Assembly: GCA_043786385.1 (NCBI GenBank)
Contig: JAYVWC010000076.1
Span: 3,761-67,760 of the forward strand
DNA from: Spongiibacteraceae bacterium
GTDB lineage: Bacteria > Pseudomonadota > Gammaproteobacteria > Pseudomonadales > CAMLJR01
Direction of reading: 5' to 3'
Length of the DNA: 64,000 nt
Shown here: piece by piece, positions 32,507 through 42,267 of the stretch
Layout: the number at the start of each line of letters is the position of its first letter
Numbering within the stretch: the first letter of the stretch is position 1
Program-made: the position numbers and the translations under genes
The notes under the pieces: generated by a model
The model's database searches: none
Told to the model about the DNA's origin: nothing
The model's input: only the letters and a program-made list of their open reading frames with translations

Positions 32507-33223
32507 ATGCTTGATCTTAGTTCGACCGATTTTAATTTTGCTATAGCCAGCGTTGATCCGTCGCAACTTGAGATCTTATCTAGTTCCCTATTTGATGAGT
32601 GGGAGGCATACGTCGAGCAGTCGCTTACATTGCCAGATTACTCGTTGTTCTTGCAGATTGAAGAAGGCTCAATCAATGGCTGGGGCAAGATTAAGTCAGC
32701 TACGAAAGCGGTCATTGTTGGTATAACGGCCTATGGTGGGTTGATGTCCGGTGTTGAGATCATGAGCAAGCAACTCAAAGCCACTAGTAATTTTCTAGCT
32801 GAGCACGCTCAAAGTAAGTTCTCCTGCCCAGGTGCTCAAGCAACGGTAAGAAAAAAAGGCGGAGCGCCAGCCGCCCTGCAGAGACTCTTCGCTCGCGTGC
32901 AAAGTGACGAGCTGACCCCAGAGGAAGCAACTATCCTAGCTCAGGCAATATTGGGTGACGACGCATCGGAGGTTCCAGGGTTCTTTGAATCTTTGTCTAA
33001 TGCTTTTCGTACTTGTCCACGTCATCCTCAGCAAGCGCCCCTGCCTTTTGATGAGTTACTTGAAGCGAAACCACCGGTAGACATGACCGGCACTAAACAA
33101 CCAAAGCTACCTAAGCTACCTAAGAGTCGCACTCCAGACCTCCCGCCGCCACTTCATTACCGAGTAGAGGTTTGGCGAGAGTCAAAAAGAAAACGAAAAC
33201 ACACAAAAATAACGATTTTATGA
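32507..33223 (+). CDS. Integron-cassette-like hypothetical protein
   Basis: 238-aa ORF starting 14 nt after GTTAGGC; atypical composition; no recognisable family. Confidence 0.75.
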   Translation: MLDLSSTDFNFAIASVDPSQLEILSSSLFDEWEAYVEQSLTLPDYSLFLQIEEGSINGWGKIKSATKAVIVGITAYGGLMSGVEIMSKQLKATSNFLAEHAQSKFSCPGAQATVRKKGGAPAALQRLFARVQSDELTPEEATILAQAILGDDASEVPGFFESLSNAFRTCPRHPQQAPLPFDELLEAKPPVDMTGTKQPKLPKLPKSRTPDLPPPLHYRVEVWRESKRKRKHTKITIL

Positions 33224-33236
33224 TCAACTTCAACGA

Positions 33237-33315
33237 GCCTACAAATACATGTAAATGAATTGTCACACGCTGCGTGTGCGACGGCGGGGGCAAATGCACT
33301 TATTTCTATGAGCGT
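33237..33315 (+). mobile_element. Eroded attC-like site after cassette 2
   Basis: GCCTAC (33237-33242; GCCTAAC expected), hairpin GTCACACGC-T-GCGTGTGCGAC; no intact GTTRRRY at the right end. Confidence 0.4.
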
Positions 33316-33338
33316 CCACTAATCGAATAAATCAAAAA

Positions 33339-33668
33339 TTATTTCACGCGATCGCCGTGACTGATATTCGAAACTCGACCCTCTTCAAATTCAACGTTGA
33401 TTAAAAATGTACCGACACCGAAATTAAACGTCCATAAATCGACGTTATGGCAAAATGCTTCGTAGCCAAAACGTCCGTGATAATATTCGTTGCGACAAAA
33501 CGAATCGATGGTAATCGGTGCCCCGCATTTTTCGATAACTTCGGCTTTAACCTCTCCGATTTCGACTAAGTTGACTCCGCAGCGCAGGCCTTCGGCCATT
33601 GCTCGATGAGTAAACTGGCTGAGAAGCAGCAGTGTGGCGACGAAGATTTTAATTTTCAATCTGTTCAT
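33339..33668 (-). CDS. DUF2845 family exported protein
   Basis: Signal peptide, LRCG..LV.IG....EV..KCGAP, W.FNFG, F..GRV. Confidence 0.8.
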   Translation of the reverse strand: MNRLKIKIFVATLLLLSQFTHRAMAEGLRCGVNLVEIGEVKAEVIEKCGAPITIDSFCRNEYYHGRFGYEAFCHNVDLWTFNFGVGTFLINVEFEEGRVSNISHGDRVK

Positions 33669-33787
33669 GGGCGTTACTACGGGTGGGCTAAATTATTTGC
33701 ATGCATCGGTGGTGTATTCGGTATCCGGCCCAACAATACCCGGTCGAAACTGAATTGCGGCTGAATGAACTTCGGCGATATGACCGT

Positions 33788-34420
33788 TTAACTCAACTTT
33801 GGAAATAGCTGCAACAATCCGTCGGCAATAAATTCCACGGCGACCGCCGCCAGAATTAATCCCATAATGCGCGTCGCAATATTGATTCCTGTACGGCCTA
33901 GCCGATTGGCAATGCTTTCCGCAAGATACAATGCGATTGCGACACCCGCGGCTACCAATAGAGCGGCGATCAGTAGCGCAACTTTATCTAATATCGAATA
34001 CGCTTTGTGAGCGTAAATAATGGTGGTGCTAATCGCGCCAGGCCCGGCAAGCAGCGGAATTGCCAACGGTACCACCGCGCTATTTTGCTTTTCCTCACCT
34101 TCTAGTCCTTCCTCTGCGGTATAGCGAGCGCCGCCTTGTTGCGCATTCAGCATTGAGATCGCCATTAATAAAATCAAAATCCCGCCGCCCACACGAAATG
34201 AGGGTATGCCAATACCAAAAAATTGCAGCAGATAGTCGCCGACAAAAATGCTGATAACCAACACTACGGCGACGGCTGTCGCCGCTGTACGCGCTGCGCT
34301 ACGGCGCTCTTGGGTAGACTGGCCGCGCGTGTAGCTGATAAAAAGCGGAATCGCTCCGATCGGATTGACGATAACGAACAGCGCCGTGAAGATATGTAAA
34401 TAACCGCTCAATAAAGTCAT
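33788..34420 (-). CDS. MarC/YchE family membrane protein
   Basis: LFVIVNPIGAIP, FRVGGGIL, VPLAIPLLAGPGAI, RIMGLILAA. Confidence 0.92.
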   Translation of the reverse strand: MTLLSGYLHIFTALFVIVNPIGAIPLFISYTRGQSTQERRSAARTAATAVAVVLVISIFVGDYLLQFFGIGIPSFRVGGGILILLMAISMLNAQQGGARYTAEEGLEGEEKQNSAVVPLAIPLLAGPGAISTTIIYAHKAYSILDKVALLIAALLVAAGVAIALYLAESIANRLGRTGINIATRIMGLILAAVAVEFIADGLLQLFPKLS

Positions 34421-34502
34421 ATCGCTCTTGTTTCCTTGCGCGCTTGCTAGATTTGATCGTTAATATTTTCGAGCATTGTGCGCTCGATTGAAGCCGATTT
34501 TT

Positions 34503-36464
34503 TTAATCGAGTGGGTTGTGCTCTTTAACAAAAGCGACAGATGCTTTGAGCATCGTTTTACGCGTTTCGTCGCGCGATAGCCAATGATCTTCTCCTTCCA
34601 TCTCGATAAATGTTACTGGCTTATGTGCGTTGCGCAATGCCGAGTCCATTTGTTCGCTCTGCGCAATCGGCACCACGGTATCGTCTTTGCCGTGAATTAA
34701 TAAAATGGGGCTGTTGACTCGGTCGACGAAATTAATAGGCGAGATAGCCGATAACGCGCTGTCGCCTTCTTTATCGGCGCCGGTGATTGCGCGCCAATAC
34801 CGAGTGAGATTGCTATCTTTTTGGTGGCGCTCCTTTTGCCAAGCGAAGAAGGTCGACATATCGGCGGGGCCAGCAACCGATACGGCGCAGCGATAAATAT
34901 TTTGTTGCAGCGAAACACCAGCGAGCGCCGCATAACCGCCATAGCTTGCGCCGACAATACAAACGCGCTTCGCATCGACCGTGCTTTGAGCGGCCAACGC
35001 CGCAACGCCATCGGAAAGATCGGTCTGCATTTTGCGACCCCACTGACCGAAGCCGGCGAGTAGAAAATCTTTACCGCTGCCGGCTGAGCCGCGGTAATTC
35101 GGTTGCAACACTGCGTAGCCAGCTGATGCAAATGCTTGCGCCCACCAGTCGAAACCCGGCGCGTCGAGAACTCCAATTGGGCCGCCATGCGGTAATACTA
35201 CCAAGGGTAGATTCCCTGCTTTGCGTCCCGGTGGCAGTGTTAATACCGCATGAATCTCCAAACCATCAGCAGCTTTATACGTTATCCAGCTTGTAACACC
35301 CACATCCCTCGAGTGTACTTCCGGATAGGGGCGACCGATGGGATTGGCTTCGCCTGAAGCGATATCGACCAACCAAAATGTACCCGAATCATCGCCGCCA
35401 TCGGTTTTAACAATCAATCGATCAAGATTGCGGCTGTAGGAGACGAGTTGCATCTGCAAACCTGGGAACGCCTTGCGCGTGCCTTTGAGGCGCGCCTGCA
35501 GTTTGGGATCGAAGAGTTCGGCGCGAGGTTCTTGCAAAGTCGTTACGCCGATAGCCAATCTACTATCGGGATCTGCGAGATAACCATTCGTCGCAACGTC
35601 ATTCAACAACGTTTCACTTTTACCATCGGATACGGAAACCTCTTCAATGATGTCGCCGCCTGTTTTGCTATTTTTTATCCATACGGTATTGGGTGTACGC
35701 CCCAAACCCAGCAGCTCAATTTCTCTAAATGCGGTTTGTTGTTCGAGCAACAATTTTTCATGTTCCTCGCCTGCATATAATCGCCAAATTCCTGCTTTTT
35801 GGTCGTATTCCGAATGCGCTAACACATTGCCATCGTTGCCCACCAGCCAATTATATTTGGCCCCCTCGCCGCCGCGCGCCTGCATAGAAATTTCGTTGGT
35901 ATCCAAATTCACGCGATAGAGATTGCGGTAATCACCCGTAAAAGAATAGCCGCCATTTCCACGGCCAATCTGTTTTTCACCCAAGGTGTAGGCGAGTCCG
36001 ATGAAGTATTTATAAGGGTGCCCATCCAACTGCACGGTACCGACATCGCCCATAATTAGGCTGGCAATCTTTGAGGTTTTTTCAAATATTGAAGAGGAAG
36101 TGCCGGTTTTTAAATCGATATTGACGATCGAAGAAAACTCGTATGCCTGAGGCATATCCAGCGGGCGAGAGAATGTTGTAGATGCGTGTAATAGCAGTCG
36201 ATCATCGTTGACCCATTCAATGCTGCGCACTTTAGTGTTATCTAAGTTGCTGGCGTAAACTACTTTGCCATCGCTGGTGAGTACGACAAGCTTGCGTGTT
36301 TCGCCGGTTAATAAAGTTAGCGCGTAACGCGCACCCGAAGGCGATAGCTGCATCTTATCGACGGCGGGCAGATGGCCGTATGCCTCTAAAGGTGGCGCCG
36401 CGATTGCCGATTGCATCAATGCTAAACATAACCACACAGCCGAAAATATTTTCATTGCCTTCAT
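34503..36464 (-). CDS. Exported S9 (prolyl oligopeptidase family) peptidase
   Basis: Signal peptide, HGGP, NYRGS, GASYGGY nucleophile elbow, HGKDD.VV, EDH. Confidence 0.9.
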   Translation of the reverse strand: MKAMKIFSAVWLCLALMQSAIAAPPLEAYGHLPAVDKMQLSPSGARYALTLLTGETRKLVVLTSDGKVVYASNLDNTKVRSIEWVNDDRLLLHASTTFSRPLDMPQAYEFSSIVNIDLKTGTSSSIFEKTSKIASLIMGDVGTVQLDGHPYKYFIGLAYTLGEKQIGRGNGGYSFTGDYRNLYRVNLDTNEISMQARGGEGAKYNWLVGNDGNVLAHSEYDQKAGIWRLYAGEEHEKLLLEQQTAFREIELLGLGRTPNTVWIKNSKTGGDIIEEVSVSDGKSETLLNDVATNGYLADPDSRLAIGVTTLQEPRAELFDPKLQARLKGTRKAFPGLQMQLVSYSRNLDRLIVKTDGGDDSGTFWLVDIASGEANPIGRPYPEVHSRDVGVTSWITYKAADGLEIHAVLTLPPGRKAGNLPLVVLPHGGPIGVLDAPGFDWWAQAFASAGYAVLQPNYRGSAGSGKDFLLAGFGQWGRKMQTDLSDGVAALAAQSTVDAKRVCIVGASYGGYAALAGVSLQQNIYRCAVSVAGPADMSTFFAWQKERHQKDSNLTRYWRAITGADKEGDSALSAISPINFVDRVNSPILLIHGKDDTVVPIAQSEQMDSALRNAHKPVTFIEMEGEDHWLSRDETRKTMLKASVAFVKEHNPLD

Positions 36465-36512
36465 GCCTTCCTTATTATTGTGTCTTTCGAGGAGTTATTA
36501 GCTCAGCCGATA

Positions 36513-36992
36513 TTACTTAGCCAGCGATTGATATTGGCCTTTGTAAAACACCAGCGGTTCTTTATCGCGGTGATCGAATGCGAGGATACGACCAACCAGG
36601 ATGATGTGATCGCCACCCGGATAGCGATGCTCCACTTCGCACTCGAAGCGCGCGCTGTAATCGGTTAGCACCGGCACGCCGCCGCTGCCTAATTCGTGCA
36701 GTGTGTCGGCGAATTTATCGGTGTTTTTAGCGGCGAATTGGCGCGATAGTTGTTCTTGCCCATTGTGTAAAATATGAATCGTAAAATGCGCCGCTTGGTG
36801 GAACGCATCGAATGCGGTCGCGGTTTTGGCAACGCTCCACAGTGCCAGCGGCGGGTCTAGCGATACCGACGAAAAACTATTGGCGGTCATGCCGACCGGT
36901 TTGCCAGCAGCGTCGCGGCCGGTGATTATGGTGACGCCGGTGGCAAACGCGCCGAAGGCGTTGCGCAGTTGGATGGGATCGATGCTACTCAT
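36513..36992 (-). CDS. Flavin reductase family protein
   Basis: FATGVTIIT, GMTANSFSSVSLDPPL, GGDH. Confidence 0.93.
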   Translation of the reverse strand: MSSIDPIQLRNAFGAFATGVTIITGRDAAGKPVGMTANSFSSVSLDPPLALWSVAKTATAFDAFHQAAHFTIHILHNGQEQLSRQFAAKNTDKFADTLHELGSGGVPVLTDYSARFECEVEHRYPGGDHIILVGRILAFDHRDKEPLVFYKGQYQSLAK

Positions 36993-37050
36993 GAAGACCC
37001 TGCTGGTTATCGAAACTTAATTCGGAGCATAGCAAAGGCGGGCCGCTTGT

Positions 37051-37479
37051 TCATAGTCGCGCACTAGCGCGGGTATGAGCCTGAGGCGCAACAGATTTTT
37101 CGCACGCAATACTCCACATCATCTTCTGAATCGATGTCGTCGGCACCGGCTCCCATTCGCTCGGCTCATTAGTTTTATACGGTTGTTCGCCTTGGCCCAT
37201 GTGTTCGGTATGCGAGTTGATTGTTAGTACGCGAAACCGTTGTTCGGCGCAGTGGTATTCGTTGCGCATCGTCAGCGATAGATACGGTAAATTATTGCCG
37301 TCGAACGGTGGCTTTTGATAATCGATCAATACCTGCATCGTTACGCTGTCGGCGCTTTTGCGAATGCTGCTGCGATCGACGTAGCCGGTGGCGTTTGCGC
37401 CGCTGGCGACAGGCTCCCAGTCCGCTACCGCAATGTCGCTAGCCGCTGTCAATAACAGCATTAAAATTACTGCTCGCAT
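37051..37479 (-). CDS. Exported protein, surface-adhesin E-like family
   Basis: Signal peptide, W....YVDRSSIRK, EY.C, terminal C. Confidence 0.6.
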   Translation of the reverse strand: MRAVILMLLLTAASDIAVADWEPVASGANATGYVDRSSIRKSADSVTMQVLIDYQKPPFDGNNLPYLSLTMRNEYHCAEQRFRVLTINSHTEHMGQGEQPYKTNEPSEWEPVPTTSIQKMMWSIACEKSVAPQAHTRASARL

Positions 37480-37595
37480 GCCGTTCCCTCGGTAGGTCGT
37501 TGGAGTTTAGTCAATCCTGTAGTCCTCAATTCCTGTAATCCACGGGCGCCGTGATGTATGCTGGCGCCTCTCCGTTGGTGTAAGAATCGCTAAGC

Positions 37596-39410
37596 ATGAG
37601 TTATCAGGTACTGGCGCGTAAATGGCGCCCGAAAACTTTTCGCGAAATGGTCGGGCAGGAACATGTGCTGAAAGCGCTGATCAATGCGCTCGATCACAAT
37701 CGTCTGCACCATGCCTATTTGTTCACCGGTACGCGCGGCGTCGGTAAAACGACGATCGCACGAATTTTAGCCAAGTGCCTTAATTGCGAAGTCGGCGTCA
37801 GCTCCGAGCCGTGCGGTGTGTGCAGCGCGTGTACCGAGCTGGCCGAAGGGCGCTTTATCGATTTGATCGAAGTCGATGCGGCGTCGCGCACTAAAGTCGA
37901 AGATACGCGCGAGCTGCTCGATAACGTGCAATACGCGCCGACGCGCGGTCGCTACAAGGTCTATCTAATCGATGAAGTACACATGCTCAGCACGCATAGC
38001 TTTAATGCGCTGTTGAAGACGCTCGAAGAGCCACCGCCGCACGTTAAATTTTTGCTCGCTACCACCGATCCGCAAAAATTACCGGCGACGGTTTTATCGC
38101 GTTGCCTGCAATTCAATCTGAAGAATATGACGCCCGAGCGCATCGTGCAGCATCTCGGTCACGTGCTCGAACAGGAGATGGTCGGCTTCGAGGAGCCGGC
38201 GCTGTGGCTGCTCGGTCGCGCCGCCGATGGCAGCATGCGCGATGCATTGAGCCTGACCGATCAGTCGATCGCGTTCGGCTCCGGCAAAGTGGGCGAGGCC
38301 GATGTGCGTGCAATGCTCGGCACCATCGATCAAGGAGTGGTGTACGAATTGCTCGATGCGTTGCTGGCTCGCGATGGCGCCATGCTGCTGGCAGCGATTG
38401 CGCGCGTCGCCGAGCAGGCCACCGATTTTACCGGCGTGCTCGAAGAATTGTTGGTGGTGTTGCATCGCGTTGCGTTAGCGCAGGCGGTGCCCGATGGGAT
38501 CGATAATAGTCGCGGCGATCGCGAGCGCATTCTCGCATTGGCTGCGCAATTAACCGCCGAAGATGCGCAGCTGTTTTATCAAATCGCACTGCACGGTCGA
38601 CGCGATTTACCGCTGGCCACCGATCCGCGTAGCGGCTTGGAAATGGTGCTGTTACGAATGTTGGCGTTTAAGCCGCAAGGCGTGCCGCAGCCGCCGCGCG
38701 AATCGCTGCAAAATACTTCGAATGATGCGGAGCGCGCGCTCGCAAAAAAGCCTGAGGCGCCCATCGCGGCGCCGATTTCCGCGCTCAATGCGACGCGCAC
38801 GGCATTGATTGCAGTAGAACCTATTGCGCAGCCGCAACAGTCAGTAACACGGCAACCTGTGTTGCGTGCAGTTCCTGCGGCTCGCACTGCGGCGATGCGC
38901 GAGCAGCAACCGGCGAGTGCGGTTGCTGCAGCAATACTGGAATCAGCGCCGTCGGTAATTAACGCGCCAATCGTTGCAGTGCCGATCGCGGTAACGCAGC
39001 GCGCACCGTTGATATTGGCGAGCTTCGATAACGCGGTGTGGATCGAACGTTTTGCTGAGTTCGGCATCGGCGGCGTCATCGGGACGATCGCCTCGCATTG
39101 TTGTTTATCCGCGATCGATAATCAGCGTTTGCAATTTGTGCTCGATCAACATCACGCATCGTTTTTCGATCAGACGCATGTTGCGCGTATAACGGAACAA
39201 TTCAGCCGCGTATTCGCTGCGTCGTTACAGATTGCAATCGAAATCGGCGCACCGACATTGGAAACGCCGGCGGCGTATCGCGAACGCCAGCGACAGTTGC
39301 GATTAGATAATGCACGCAACAGTATTTTCGACGATCCGAATGTGCGCTTGTTGCAGGAAGTTTTTGGTGCGGCGTTGGAAGAAAATTCCATCGAACCACT
39401 CGACGAGTAA
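37596..39410 (+). CDS. dnaX: DNA polymerase III tau/gamma subunit
   Basis: YQVLARKWRP, GTRGVGKT, IDEVHML, SRC motif. Confidence 0.98.
   Translation: MSYQVLARKWRPKTFREMVGQEHVLKALINALDHNRLHHAYLFTGTRGVGKTTIARILAKCLNCEVGVSSEPCGVCSACTELAEGRFIDLIEVDAASRTKVEDTRELLDNVQYAPTRGRYKVYLIDEVHMLSTHSFNALLKTLEEPPPHVKFLLATTDPQKLPATVLSRCLQFNLKNMTPERIVQHLGHVLEQEMVGFEEPALWLLGRAADGSMRDALSLTDQSIAFGSGKVGEADVRAMLGTIDQGVVYELLDALLARDGAMLLAAIARVAEQATDFTGVLEELLVVLHRVALAQAVPDGIDNSRGDRERILALAAQLTAEDAQLFYQIALHGRRDLPLATDPRSGLEMVLLRMLAFKPQGVPQPPRESLQNTSNDAERALAKKPEAPIAAPISALNATRTALIAVEPIAQPQQSVTRQPVLRAVPAARTAAMREQQPASAVAAAILESAPSVINAPIVAVPIAVTQRAPLILASFDNAVWIERFAEFGIGGVIGTIASHCCLSAIDNQRLQFVLDQHHASFFDQTHVARITEQFSRVFAASLQIAIEIGAPTLETPAAYRERQRQLRLDNARNSIFDDPNVRLLQEVFGAALEENSIEPLDE
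38729..38773 (+). promoter_or_regulatory. Programmed -1 ribosomal frameshift signal in dnaX
   Basis: GGAG (38729-38732), in-frame A AAA AAG (38744-38750), -1-frame TGA (38753-38755), GGCGCC-CATCGC-GGCGCC hairpin (38756-38773). Confidence 0.8.
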
Positions 39411-39444
39411 CGACGGATCACTTGATCAACAGAGGTGAGCAACG

Positions 39445-39768
39445 ATGAAATCGGGTTTAGGCGATTTGATGAAACAGGCGCAGCAACTGCAAGAGCAGAT
39501 GCAAAAAGCGCAGGAAAAATTGGCTGGCGCCGAAGTGACCGGCGAGGCCGGTGCAGGTTTGGTAAAAGTGATGATGACGGGGCGGCACGATGTACGGCGC
39601 GTGACGATCGATCCGTCGCTGTTGCAGGAAGATAAAGAAATTCTCGAAGATTTACTCGCGGCCGCAGTCAACGATGCGGTGCGCCGCGTCGAAGAAAAAA
39701 ACCGCGATATGATGTCGGGCATGACGCAGGGATTAAATATTCCCGACGGTTTCAAGATGCCATTTTGA
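39445..39768 (+). CDS. ybaB: YbaB/EbfC nucleoid-associated protein
   Basis: [29 protein letters not shown]; dnaX-ybaB-recR synteny. Confidence 0.95.
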   Translation: MKSGLGDLMKQAQQLQEQMQKAQEKLAGAEVTGEAGAGLVKVMMTGRHDVRRVTIDPSLLQEDKEILEDLLAAAVNDAVRRVEEKNRDMMSGMTQGLNIPDGFKMPF

Positions 39769-39784
39769 GCGCGCGCATAGCGGT

Positions 39785-40384
39785 ATGAAGTTCAGTCCAC
39801 TGATCGATCAATTAGTGCAAGCGCTGCGTTGTCTGCCGAGCGTTGGGCCGAAATCGGCGCAGCGCATGGCGTTTCATTTATTGGAGCGCAATCGCGAAGG
39901 CGGCGTGCGGCTTGCCGAAATTTTATTGCAGGCGCTCGAACAAGTCGGCCATTGCAATGCGTGCCACACGCTCTCCGAATTGGAATTGTGCGGCGTCTGT
40001 AGCGATCCGCGCCGCGATCAACAAACGCTGTGCGTGGTTGAATCGCCAGCCGATGTGTTGGCGCTGGAGCAGGCCGGTAGTTATCGCGGTGTGTATTTTG
40101 TGTTGATGGGCCATTTGTCGCCGATCGATGGTATTGGGCCGAGCGAAATCGGCATCGACCATTTACTGCAACGCGTGCGCGAACAACAAATGAAGGAAGT
40201 GATTTTGGCGACCAATCCCACCGTCGAAGGCGAAGCGACCGCGTTTTATATCACCGAGCAGGTGCGCGCGCAGGGCGTGATCGTCAGCCGCATTGCGCAC
40301 GGCGTGCCATTGGGCGGCGAGTTGGAATATGTCGATAGCGGTACGTTGGCGCACGCGCTCAACGGCCGACGTGCCGTCGAATGA
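39785..40384 (+). CDS. recR: Recombination mediator RecR
   Basis: [11 protein letters not shown]hH, C4 zinc finger, [12 protein letters not shown]oprim. Confidence 0.97.
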   Translation: MKFSPLIDQLVQALRCLPSVGPKSAQRMAFHLLERNREGGVRLAEILLQALEQVGHCNACHTLSELELCGVCSDPRRDQQTLCVVESPADVLALEQAGSYRGVYFVLMGHLSPIDGIGPSEIGIDHLLQRVREQQMKEVILATNPTVEGEATAFYITEQVRAQGVIVSRIAHGVPLGGELEYVDSGTLAHALNGRRAVE

Positions 40385-41517
40385 GTGCATCGCGTTCTGA
40401 CGGCAACGCTACGATCAGCGCGCCGATTTATGTCGATAGCAATGCACAGCTAGCTGACTTAGCCGAGCAATGGCACGCTAGCCCGTTGTTGGCATTGGAT
40501 ACCGAATTCGTTCGCGAAACAACGTTTTATCCGATCGCCGGTTTGCTGCAATTGGGCGATGCGCGCCATCAATATTTAATCGATCCATTGCGCATCGACG
40601 ATTGGACACCGCTGCAACAATTGTTCGCGACGAATTCGTACAAAGTGCTGCACGCGTGCAGCGAAGATCTGGAATTATTAAATCGATTGCTCGGTTGCGC
40701 GCCGCGGCCATTATTCGATACGCAAGTTGGCGCAGCATTAGCGGGCATCGGTTTTAGCCTCAGCTATCAAGCGCTAGTGCAAACTTGTCTCGACATCGAA
40801 GTCGAAAAAGAACAGACGCGTTCCGATTGGGTGCGACGGCCGTTAAGCGACGCGCAGTGTCATTACGCGGCATTGGATGTCGCTTATCTGCCGACGGTAT
40901 TTGCGCAAATAGCGGAGCGGTTAAATGCGCTGGGGCGTTTTGAATGGTGGCGCGAGGATGGCGAGCGCACGTTGGCGGCGAGTCAAGTTCAACACTTACC
41001 GGAACACTATTATTTAAAACTAGCGGCCGGTTGGCGGCTGCAAGAGCCACAACTCGCAGTATTGCAGCAGCTCTGCGGTTGGCGTGAACAGCAGGCGCGG
41101 GTGCGCGATGTGCCGCGCGGTCGGATCATCAAAGATCCGCAATGCATCGAGATCGCGCGCTGTTTGCCGCGTTCGCTGAGCGAACTCGCCGCGCTTGCGG
41201 AAATGCATCCGCAACAGCTGCGTAACGAAGGCGCGCAATTATTGGCGCTGGTTGCGCAGGCGCGCGAAACACCGGCTGCGGATTGTCCACCAGCACCCGA
41301 AGCGCCGCTGCCGCGCGAATGGGGCGAGCGCTTAAAGCGTCTGCGGCAATTAATTACCGAGCGCGCTCTAGAATTAAATATGCCGGCCGAAGTGTTGGCG
41401 CGCAAACGCGATTGCGAAGTACTGTTGCGCACCGGTTGCTTGCCGGATAGTTTAAAAGGCTGGCGCGAAGCAGTGATCGGCGCGCCGCTGGTGACTTTAA
41501 TGAATGCGATGGTTTAA
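40381..41517 (+). CDS. rnd: Ribonuclease D
   Basis: ALDTEF, HACSEDL, FDTQ, SDW..RPL, YAALDV; HRDC domain. Confidence 0.93.
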   Translation: MSASRSDGNATISAPIYVDSNAQLADLAEQWHASPLLALDTEFVRETTFYPIAGLLQLGDARHQYLIDPLRIDDWTPLQQLFATNSYKVLHACSEDLELLNRLLGCAPRPLFDTQVGAALAGIGFSLSYQALVQTCLDIEVEKEQTRSDWVRRPLSDAQCHYAALDVAYLPTVFAQIAERLNALGRFEWWREDGERTLAASQVQHLPEHYYLKLAAGWRLQEPQLAVLQQLCGWREQQARVRDVPRGRIIKDPQCIEIARCLPRSLSELAALAEMHPQQLRNEGAQLLALVAQARETPAADCPPAPEAPLPREWGERLKRLRQLITERALELNMPAEVLARKRDCEVLLRTGCLPDSLKGWREAVIGAPLVTLMNAMV

Positions 41518-41520
41518 ACA

Positions 41521-41802
41521 ATGCAGCGAACTTGCTCGATTTACCGCAGTACCAAAGTCGAAGGTATGTACCTCTATGTCGATGAGGTGGAAGGTTTGGC
41601 GCGCGTGCCCGATTCGTTGATGCAACGCTTCGGCAAATCCGAACTGGCGATGACGCTGCTGATTCAGCCGGAACGCAAATTGGCGCGCGCCGATGCAGCG
41701 ACAGTGTTGCAGGCGATAGCGGACAGCGGTTTCTATTTGCAGTTGCCGCCGCAGACCACACACGATTCGATCACCACTCAGATTATCAACGAGTCTTTTT
41801 AA
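41521..41802 (+). CDS. ycgL: YcgL domain protein
   Basis: CSIYRS..MYLYV, VP..L..FG, GFYLQLPP. Confidence 0.88.
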   Translation: MQRTCSIYRSTKVEGMYLYVDEVEGLARVPDSLMQRFGKSELAMTLLIQPERKLARADAATVLQAIADSGFYLQLPPQTTHDSITTQIINESF

Positions 41803-42158
41803 TGCTCGATCTACAGGATTATGCAGACGCGTGGGTTCACCTGATCGCTTGGGGGGTATATCTGCTGTCGGCGACGATTATTTGTTTTGCACTGTGGCGT
41901 TTGACGAGGCGCTGGTGGCACGAGCTGCGCTATGTGCTGCTGGCGCTGATCGCGGTGTTGCTATTCATGCCCGCGCCGGTGCTGTGTCATGCGGTGATGG
42001 CGCCGGCGTTGATGGTTGTCGCGCTAGGTATCGTGAGTGGCGACGCTGAGGTGGTGGCGCCGGTGTTGGTGCGGCTGTCGCTGGGCGGTGCGATCGCGAT
42101 CTTAGTGGTGTTGCTGAGTAGTATCGTATGGCGCTTACGCCGACGTAAGACCCGCTAA
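41802..42158 (+). CDS. Small membrane protein (hypothetical)
   Basis: Four hydrophobic segments; translationally coupled to ycgL. Confidence 0.7.
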   Translation: MLDLQDYADAWVHLIAWGVYLLSATIICFALWRLTRRWWHELRYVLLALIAVLLFMPAPVLCHAVMAPALMVVALGIVSGDAEVVAPVLVRLSLGGAIAILVVLLSSIVWRLRRRKTR

Positions 42159-42267
42159 AAGTTGCCGCTCATCGGTTTTGTCCTTTCTCAATAAGCTGCT
42201 ATAACTATTTGTTGAGAAAAGACTTTGCGTTAAGGCGGCACTGCCCATGAAGACATCTACATGGCCC

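Noticed and set aside
37480..37595. SRP RNA (ffs), often found upstream of dnaX
   Set aside because: The conserved CAGGTCCGGAAGGAAGCAG core is absent
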